Of a stretch of 64,000 nt of DNA, positions 54,201-64,000 are shown piece by piece (position 1 is the stretch's first letter; each line of letters opens with the position of its first letter). A program made the position numbers and the translations under genes. The DNA is taken from assembly GCA_951406725.2 (NCBI GenBank), contig OX597831.1, forward strand, positions 82,894,001 through 82,958,000, written 5' to 3'. The notes under the pieces were generated by a model. It saw only the letters and a program-made list of their open reading frames with translations. It ran no database searches and was not told where the DNA came from. The stretch comes from Octopus vulgaris (taxonomy: Eukaryota).

Positions 54201-54560
54201 CTCCAGTGGCCTGGTTCCTGCTTTGTTTCATAAAGTAATTCCGTAACACCCATGCCCACCACGGAAAATACCAGGCCACCATCTGACATGTCCACTGAAA
54301 TCCCCAGCCATAAGGACGAGTTCCTTGTCATTCATCTTAGAGGTATCCTGCAGTAGAATATTATAAAAATGGTCCTTTTGTTCATTTGGTAGGCCTGTGT
54401 GCGGGGCACAGGCAGAGATAATTGATGCAATGCTATTCTGCAAGAATACCCTGAGCTTAAGCACTCTATCACTCACTCTGACTACCTCTATGACCTTATC
54501 CACCCATTTCTCTGCAAGAAGTAGACCCACACCACCTATCCCATCACTGTTACCTTCTTA
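51213..54560 (-). mobile_element. Near full-length decayed RTE-clade LINE (APE endonuclease + RT pseudogene)
   Basis: GLLLAEKWVDKVIEVVRVSDRVLKL...IISACAP...MAGDFSGHV (endonuclease); [33 protein letters not shown] and CADNL (RT); many frameshifts. Confidence 0.92.
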
Positions 54561-56149
54561 GAAGATTTCATACCTGGTTGCACATTTCTGAACAGTTTCC
54601 AGGAGATTGATATGCTGAGCAAGACTGATTATACCATAGCCATATACAGCTTTCAATAGACAGCTCGAGGTTGGCTGACAAAGGTCTAACAGAGCGATTT
54701 TGAGAGACCCTCAGCATTCTTCGCAGCTGCAGAGATGTGGTTTGTCCAGAACAAGTTGCTATTGACAATAATACGTAGGTTACATTCACTAGCAGACTTC
54801 TTAAAATTGGTGTTGTTGAAGGAGTCTGTAAAAGCTAGGTTTTTCCTTCCAAAATGTATGGGGTGGGGTGGGGTGGGGGCACTTGTCTAGAGCCAGTTTG
54901 AGCTGTCAGTTGGTAATCTATTGCTGTATAGAATTTGTTCTTTTTATGCTGAGGTACAGCTTGATGTCTTCTGCATATTTCAACACTGTAACATTCTACA
55001 ATATTACACCTGAAACATTCCACAATAATACACCTGTTATTAACATAAATATGCCTATGCAATATATGACACCTGTTATTAATGCACATTTACCTTTCCA
55101 ATATTCTATCAACATTAAACAAACTATTCTCAGTCTGACATCAACCAACATGGAAGCCATTCTCTTTTAGCAAAAACTGTCTCCAAGAAAATATTCAGAT
55201 TTCATCCTGAAGCATTCTTAAACGAACATCACAAAGCTCTCCCTCCCTCTATATATATATATATATATATACTTATACACACACACACACACACACATGC
55301 ACATACACACACACACACACACATGTATGTATGCCTTTGCATATATAACTCTTTCTTAATCTTAATACTTTCCCCTCTCCCTCCCTCCCTCCCTCCCTCT
55401 CTACTGCATGTATCATGCACCCAAGCACTCATGGTGCATGTGAGTTTGCACATGTGTATGTGTATTAACACACACACATATATATGTATGCATAAAGATG
55501 TGTGTGTGTGTGTGTGTGTGTGCGTGCATGCGTGTGTATGTAACCACCTCTCTTTTAGTTATTCTCTCCTGCCCCACCCTTCATACACCCCAACAGTTCT
55601 CGTTTCTAATCATCTCTGCCTCACTTATTTCAGATCAATGACATAACAAATAAAAACATAAAATAAAATTTTTAAAGATTTTAGTCGATTATTTTCAAGA
55701 AAATCTCTTCATTTTAAAAATAGAACAGAAAGAAACTCAGACAGAATATTTCTACAAATTTATGTTTAATCACAGAATTGTTTTATATATTCCTACATTA
55801 AAATAATATTATTCCTACATTAAAATAAATTTTACGTTCATTATAAATTAATAGTAATTCAGTTCTTTAAAATTTCATCATCAAAAATGAATATTTGACA
55901 AAAAAGTTGATAAAAAAAGTTAAATATTTTTTTTTATAAAAGAATCATTTTTGTTTCCAATATTTTTATTGTATAAAAAAAGCAAAACTTTTCAACAAGC
56001 TTCAAAAACATTCAAGTGTGAAAGTTACCTGAATGTTGATGACTTCTAAAACAAGAGCAGAGAATATTCCTGCCATGATGTAGATGTGGAAATAAGAAGT
56101 AAGACATTTCTGCTATGACTTAGATGTCAGCTTTGGACACATAAGAGTA

Positions 56150-57190
56150 GTGATATCAGAGGAAGGTTAACAGACAAGAATAGTCTGTGTGTGTGGCAAA
56201 TATGTGGGTACAACAAGCACTAAAAATATGCAGGGAAGAGATTTGCTCAAGTGCTCAGGAGGATTGTTAGAAATAGTTGATAGTTTCAGCTACCTAGTTG
56301 ACCAAGTTAGCAATGCAGGAAGATGTTCTGAAAGCATAGTTGCTGGAATACAAAGGGGCTGGACAAAGTTCAGAGAGCTACTGCTTTGTTGGTAACTAAG
56401 GGCCTCTCCTTCAGAGTGAAAAGTAGATTGTATGATGCCTGTGTATTTACAGCTGTGCTGCATGGCAATGAAACATGGGCTCTGACTACAGAGGGCTTGT
56501 GAAAGCTTGGGAGAAATGAAAGCAGCAAGCTCCACTGGATGGGTGATGTCAGCGTGCACACACACAACAGTGCATAAATTACTTAAGAGGAAAACTGGTT
56601 ATAAGATGCATCAGATGTTGTGTGCAAGAGAGAAGACTGCGCTGGTTTGGTCCATGTTGTGAGTACGGATGAAGGCAGCTGTGTAAAGAAGTGCCAATCT
56701 CTAATTGAGAAGGAAACCTGTGGAAGGGGTACCCCGAGGAATATGTGGGTTGGAGTGGTGAGAAAGGATCTTTAGACACTGGGTCTCACTGAGGAGATGA
56801 CAAGGGAGCAAGACTTGTGGTGATTTACTGTACTTGATAAGGCACATCAAGCTAAGGAAAATCGCTGTCTTCCATAGACATAGACATGTCTTTTATGGCC
56901 ATGTTCCCCATTCCAGATGTCTTGCAGATACTGGCACCATGTAAAATGCACTCGTACCAGTACTATGCTGAATGCAACTGTGCCAATAGCACATAAAAAG
57001 CACTCAGTCCACTCCGATAAGTGGTCGGCATTAGGAAGGGCATCCAGCCATAGAAACCATACTGAAACAGACTGTTGGAGTCTGGACAGCTCTCCAGCTG
57101 ACCACCTCCAGTGAAACTGTCCAACCCATGCCAGCATGGAAAGCAGACGTTAAAGGATGATGATGATGATGATGATGAAGATTATGATGA
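56150..57190 (+). mobile_element. 5'-truncated decayed RTE LINE
   Basis: LEIVDSFSYLVDQVS...GWTKFRELL, conserved 3' core and (gat)n tail. Confidence 0.88.
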
Positions 57191-58077
57191 TGGATTACAA
57201 GTCAGATCATGGAAGTGAGATAAGATAATAAGAAGAATTGTTGGGAAAAATCAATAAAGCTAGTGATCACCTATAATCAATCAGCTTAGAGATCAATATA
57301 GAAACTAATTTTTTTATTTTTTTTATTACTTCAGTAATGAAATTCCAGTAAATAAACCTGTGTTTGTCATCTCATGCCACACAAAAGAGTCACCTTCCTT
57401 TCATTGTAGTTCGAACGGAGAATTACAAGAGTTTGATCAAAGAAATGCTTGGGTGAATATGTTTGGTCGACGGAATTGATCAATAGTTTTTTATGAGAAA
57501 ATTAGCATTTTAGATATATATCTGTGTGTGTGTGTGTGTGTGGATGGATGGATGGATAGATATGTGTATGTACAAGGTATCCCACCTCCTATGATAACAC
57601 TACAATAGAAACCACTGCATTTTCTTAACAGGGGAATGGTGAACAAGACCCCCTCTCCAGTATTGGTGCCTTAAAAACATACCCAGAGAAATGAGCAGAA
57701 AAAGAATAAAGTTGTGAAGTTCCCTTTAATTCTGTTTCTCTGCAGATTAGGGAAACCTGTCTTGGTGTTGGAGTCATTCAAAAAAGCAGCCAAAACAGTT
57801 TGTAAAGTGGTTGGAGACAAGAAGGGAATTGAGCCGGAGAAAGGAAACCAAATGATTGGGAATCTAAGAACTGATGAGAACCCAGGATGAGCCACTGAAC
57901 TCATCCTTTTCAAGGAAAACAGACATTAAATGATGGTGTGCACGTGTGGGTGTATGTGGGTCGAGGGTGCATGCATGTGATGGCAGGTATGCATGTCTAT
58001 GTTATGTCACAAGGTGAATGTGTGATGTGCATGCAGTCACGAACGTGTATTCATATATCTATCTATCTATCTATCTA

Positions 58078-58123
<46 letters not shown>

Positions 58124-58500
58124 TATATATATAAATACACGTTCATGTTTCAAGGATGCAATTCTGCACCAGTGTGCATGCAAGTTTTCCTCTCTCTTTG
58201 TGTGTGTGTGTGTGAAACGAACACAAGAAGGAATGTATTTATAGACATGACAGTTCCCATGTTGAAGCAGCAGGTATTGATTAATTCAAAAATCACTGCA
58301 ATATGCTGACATTTTAATCATGTAAGAAATCCAAAACAACAACAACAACAATAATAATAGTAATAATAATAATAATGATAAATAAAATTAAAATAAAAAA
58401 TAAAACACATTTGCTGTATTTAAGTGAAGAAATGATGACAAATAGCACAGAACAGGATTACAGAAACACACACAAACACAAACCCACATTCACACACACT

Positions 58501-58552
<52 letters not shown>

Positions 58553-58821
58553 TAGACACCTACCTAATGTATATATGAATGTGAGAAAAGGTTTTAGAAA
58601 TCTTTGATGTAAGCACAAATGATCAATAATTTTATTTCAAGTCAGCCAGAAATCACAAAACAAAGAAACAAAGCAAAAAAAGGTGAAGAAAGTCAACCGA
58701 ATCACATTCTTTCTCCTCCTCTTCAGTTTCGTATTTTTGGGTCGTACCTCTTCATAAATGATTGACAAGTATGAACACGACAGTTAGGTTGGAATGATAT
58801 AAGAAGTCTATGGAATATAAT

Positions 58822-58933
<112 letters not shown>

Positions 58934-59389
58934 AGGGGAGGAGGAGGAGGACTCCAGAAAACTTATATATGAAATATTAACTTTTTAAAAATTTATTCAT
59001 GTCACAGCAAGCACCAGTATGCATATATGCAAGTGTGTATACATATATATATGTACACACATATACATATATATATATATACACACATATATACATAAAT
59101 ATATGTACACACACAGTGGATGTCCACTTGTGTGTTCTGACTTAGGTAGGCATTGTCCACCTGTCAAGTTAGTCATAAAGTACTTCCAACATACTCATTC
59201 TGTACAAATCCTTCTCACCCCCACCCAACCTTCTCATTACCATAGAACTTTTAGAAAATGGTTTTTAAATGAAGAAGGAAGCAGTAAGTCAGTCATGGTC
59301 ACAGAGAATTGTGAAAAGTCTAATATGGCTTGACCAGCACTTCATTGCCCTGGGGCACTCAGTTGAGAAAGGGTGACGTTGGCATGTTG

Positions 59390-59520
59390 CATCATCATCA
59401 TCATCGTTTAACATCCGTTTTCAACGCTGGCATGGGTTGGACGGTTTGACCAAGGTCTGGAGAGCCAGTCGCTGCACCAGGCTCCAATCTGATCTAGCAG
59501 TGCTTCTACAACTGGATGCA
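59390..59520 (-). mobile_element. Short RTE-family 3'-end fragment
   Basis: (cat)n, cgtttaacatccg...ggcatgggttggacgg...caactggatgc. Confidence 0.8.
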
Positions 59521-60486
59521 ATTGTAGGTGAATATTGACCAAATTAATAAAGTTAAGCTGTGCCTGCGAGACATTAGTGCTGTGGCACAATAATTAAATA
59601 CTGATTAATTAATCTTTAATTTATCAAACACACCTACTAGCATGTATCCAGTATCAGAGAGCATTGATGATACAAAATGTTAGCTGTACCTGCCCATGAT
59701 ACCTATTTGAAGTTAGGTCATTCAAAAGGTGGGTGTCTTGGAGAAGAACTCAATATGGTGAGAAGACAGAGATTGTTAATGCTTTAACTTCATTATTTAT
59801 AAATTAGTAACTGGGACATAGTTTTGTAATACAGCTTTGCAGACAGTACCCCCAGTACAGGACAGTACACCCTGTACCCCCAGTATATGACTGCTTTTCT
59901 ATTTATTGATTACTAATAGAATATTACAATCAGTTGTAGATAATGCTTAAAGAAATATTAAGTCTCATTCCTAAAAGCTGTGAGTTCAAATCCCACAATT
60001 AACACTCCTCCAGCATCAATAAAGTCCCAGTCTAGTATTGATACAACCCCATCTTCCCACTCCCCCATGCTCTACCAATATTGTGGTTGTGTATCTCTGA
60101 GAGAAATCTGTTATAACAAGTTTGATACTTTACTGGTTTTTTTGCCTTGTTGTTCTGAATTTGCAATCTATTCTTGCTCCCCAATAACAATAAGTTCTAC
60201 TCCTTCCATTTCTACCAAATTCCTTGTATTTCATTAAATTTTCAATCCAACAATTTATTATAATCCACAGTTTACAGTCATCATATTATATTTTCCCCCA
60301 TACAGTGTTACAAAAGACCAAAGCAGCATTTCATAAGCATTTCCCCTTTAATTATGTAACATAATTTATACAGTAACGACATGTTTTATATGGTAATGAC
60401 ATTGTTTTATATAATAACAATATTGTATTATATCATAACAACATATTTTATACAGGTACAAATAGAGTATTTTAGCAGGTTCTTAC

Positions 60487-60662
60487 CTGCAGAAACCTTG
60501 CCAGTCTCATCCATTTGAATTGCTACACCAAATCCTCCAATTTTGATAGGGGCCGAATTCTCTCGAGTTGATAACAAAATACAATGAGGTTTGAGATCTC
60601 GATGGATGATGTCATTGGTGTGACAATACCTTAAGGCTTCCAGCATTTGGCGCATATAATGA
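60487..60662 (-). CDS. CASK: CASK coding exon (176 nt), catalytic loop HRDLKPHC and GFG motif
   Basis: Acceptor aatttcag|T, donor G|gtaaga; [58 protein letters not shown]. Confidence 0.96.
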
Positions 60663-60825
60663 CTGAAATTGGAGAATGGAATAATAACTGTATATGCATA
60701 TCAAATAAATGCACACACACACACACACACACGGACACAAACACACTATAAATGTATGTTGAGTGAGGCTGTATTCTCTGGCCAACAGTGCTGTCAGGCA
60801 AAACTTTAGTTCCCAGTCAAACAAA

Positions 60826-61217
60826 TCTCTCTATATATAAAGCTGAAGTTGTCTGTGTGTGGCAGGTTTGGTAGCCTTCAACTAACACTATCTCCTCCAA
60901 GAGCCCGCAGTGCAAGTTGACCAAAATTGAGAGTATGATAGAAGAAGGCTTGTTCTTCCTTCCGTACAAGAAAATATTCAAATCGGACCATGTTAACACC
61001 AAACATTATTTACATCTAAAAGGTGCTTTTTTTCTATGAAAATCCCTATCTTTTACGATTTTTTTACTGCTGTGTCGCCGTTTTTTGGTGTATTTCAACC
61101 AGAAAAATGTTCACATAAAGAGAATAACAAACTACATAATGCAAAATTTTTACTTTTCAAAAATTCCAATTCTAAAGGGTTGAAACAAACCCGAGCAACG
61201 CCGGGTGATACTGCTAG
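60826..61217 (+). mobile_element. Complete non-autonomous Helitron (392 bp)
   Basis: 5' A|TCtctctatatataaag; subterminal hairpin acccgagcaacgccgggt (61189-61206); 3' CTAG|T; inserted in an AT dinucleotide with no TSD. Confidence 0.85.
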
Positions 61218-61552
61218 TTTTATAATAAATCTGAGTCAACTTTGGATATTGAGTCTCTTCATCAGTAAATATTTTGTTGTTTGTCTTCCTTTTAAATAAT
61301 AACCTTAACGTAACAAACACACATACACATAACAAAGAGACAGAGAGAGAAAGTGAATGTAACTAGTTTTGCATTCGTACAAGCAAGTATATATATATAT
61401 TATATACATACATGCAGACATCCATCCATACACACATGCAACCAGGTGTACAAATGGATGAAAGAATACTCAATTGATGTTATAATAGAGTTTATTCTCT
61501 AAAAGCAGAGGATTCATTTCTCGGAAACAGAGTTTTTGTTTGTGTGTGTGTG

Positions 61553-61594
<42 letters not shown>

Positions 61595-61682
61595 TGTGTG
61601 AGAGTGTGTGTGTGCATGTGTGTGCGTGTGTGTGTGTGTTTGCATGGGATCTGTGACAAAAACAACAACAAAAACTAGTTAC

Positions 61683-61760
61683 CTAGCAACAGCTTCACTG
61701 TAGACGAAACCAGCTGTAGCTTTCTTCACAATTTCAAAGCAGAGATCTGAGCCCTCCATG
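61683..61760 (-). CDS. CASK: CASK coding exon (78 nt), (F)[25 protein letters not shown](S)
   Basis: Acceptor ttttttacag|C, donor AG|gtaact; TT+C gives Phe with the upstream exon. Confidence 0.95.
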
Positions 61761-63008
61761 CTGTAAAAAATGGAATTTAAATAAACAGCAAGTTCCTTGT
61801 TATAATTTTGAGATAAAAGAGAGAAGGGAAGACGAGAGAACTGAAAGGTGGTCTGTCTGTGGCTCCTATCTAGTTTCTTATGCTGCACAGGCCCCATAAT
61901 GCAATCAGTGGCTCAGTACATTTAGCTGTAATTAGGCACCACGACTCAGACACTTACTCCATAAATGACAAAAGGAATATGTCCAACAAGTGAGTATGAT
62001 TAACAATGTTTTGTTAGGACACAGTGTCAAGTTCAAATACTCCTCTAAGTCAGAAGGAACCAAGAGGAAACCGTTTTCGACATGAGACTCTCAATCCCCT
62101 TGCTCTGCTTTTAATATTGACCTGTGCATGATAGAGGTGAGCCCACAGCATGATCCCTATTAAACCCATGGAAATGGTAATGCTATGTAAAAACCCCATC
62201 TCAAAGCTTATCAAATACACCTACAGACAGGAAAGAGTGAAACAAGGAATCAATTCTCCTTTTCACCAAATTTGTAAGGAAAGAGTGAAGTCAGTTCCAT
62301 GTCCTTTACCTTTTTGATTGGTTTTAATGTCGGGGCTGTGTTCAGGGCTCTCATGAGTCCTTCAAGATCAATGAGGTGATATGGCTAATGTTCCTCTTAC
62401 ACAGAATATTACTGGTATTTGTGTGATCAACCTTAAAATGAGTCAATGGAAGTGCATCTATGCAGTCAGTTGGCTTATTAGAAATAGTAGCTCAATGCTC
62501 CTCAAAGCATACTCAGCTATCTTCAAAAATGAAAGAACACATTGGATGATGTGAGCTTAGGTCCTCATTGCATGAAAAAGAAAAGTACGGGCATAGCTGG
62601 AATGCCTTTGATTATAAATGTGTTCCCACAGGATCTACCTGGGGTTAAACAAAATCAATCCCAGTATGATGGAATGGAAAAGTAACTGCAGCAAGATTTA
62701 AACTTGGAATATTTAGACCAATATTCTGCAGACCATTATTAATGATATTCTGTCATGATAAAGTAATAAACAAAGATGTGGAAATAATTTAAATTTTGAG
62801 TTATTATTATTAGTGTCAAAAGATCCACAGAAAACATTCATTTGAAAATAGAAAACAAGTAAATGGTAAAACTCATTAATCTACAGTCATTAAATCTGCA
62901 GTCATCAAATAATCTAACACTGACCTCCACCCTCACCCTACACTTTGTTAAAAAAAAATGAAACACAAATATTCACAGGAATCAATAGAAACAGAAACCG
63001 AGAACTCA

Positions 63009-63134
<126 letters not shown>

Positions 63135-63515
63135 TTATTCAATGCTGTCATCAATAAAATTTATTGATTTTCAATTTTTAATCGAAAACATCTGCAAGGT
63201 AATAAACTAAATGCTTAGAAGGGGTAGGGCATTATTATATTTGTATACAATGTTATATTCTTGCTAGGGGTTCACTCTGTCTTTTAAGATTCACAAATAC
63301 CAGTAATATACCAGGATCACTCTAAATCATGGGATGATTTTCCTATAATTTTGTCTGTTTAGCAATTTTAGAGATCATTAATCACTTGTTTATATTTTTT
63401 TTTCAAATCTGATGAATTAGAATTACTTTATATTTGTGTAGTGTGAGTGTGTGTGTGTGTGTGTGCACATGCATGTGTATACACACAAACATATGCACAC
63501 ATATGCATGTGAACC

Positions 63516-63950
63516 ATCATCATCATCATCGTTTAACGTCTGCTTTCCAGGCTGGCATGGGTTGGACGATTTGACTGAGGACTGGTGAACCAGATGGCTG
63601 CACCAGGCTCCAGTCTGATCTGGCAGAGTTTCTACAGCTGGATGCCCTTCCTAACGCCAACCACTCCGAGAGTGTAGTGGGTACTTTTACATGCCACTGA
63701 CATGAGGGCAAGTCAGGCAGCACTGGCAGCGGCCACGCTCAAATGGTGCTTTTTATGTGCCACCTGCACAGGAGCCAGTACTGGCAACAATCTCACTCAG
63801 TCCAGCAGTACTGGCAATGACCTCGCTCAGTCCAGTGGCACTGGCAACAACCTCGCTCAAATGTTTTATCATGTGCCACCAGCACAAGTGCCAGTAAAGG
63901 TGACACAGATAACGATCACACTTGAATAATGCTTTTTACGTGCCACTAAC
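63516..63950 (-). mobile_element. RTE-family 3'-end fragment with internal repeat array
   Basis: (cat)n tail, conserved core, ttttacgtgccac-type units and short ctggcaa...cgctca repeats. Confidence 0.85.
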
Positions 63951-64000
63951 ATGTGTATGTATGTAATATTTGTAACAACAGGGCATTTGTGAGCAGTATT

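Noticed and set aside
57870-57920. CTGATGAG followed by an aggatgag/ctcatcct hairpin
   Set aside because: The hairpin is not positioned between the core boxes; not a hammerhead topology.

Overview
AT-rich, microsatellite- and transposon-dense animal DNA. The repeat landscape suggests a coleoid cephalopod, most likely Octopus (inference). It contains seven coding exons of a minus-strand CASK (LIN-2/camguk) gene: 63010-63115, 61683-61760, 60487-60662, 49689-49864, 40348-40470, 8624-8695 and 7123-7213. All have GT-AG boundaries and splice in frame (822 nt), encoding most of the CaMK-like domain and its regulatory segment; the gene extends beyond both window ends. The introns (1.0-31.7 kb) hold decayed RTE-clade LINEs in both orientations, an R4/Dong-like and a CR1-group LINE remnant, Tc1/mariner fossils, Helitrons, tRNA-derived SINEs and very long simple repeats. 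Most ORF-track entries are microsatellite artefacts. The most unusual object is a 308-bp TSD-flanked insert (31450-31757) combining a Pol III tRNA-like head, a minimal Penelope-type hammerhead ribozyme motif and an inverted copy of its own tail. Also notable are inverted retroelement pairs bracketing exons, two long hairpins, a CpG-rich promoter-like island and an AP-1 motif cluster in the largest intron.
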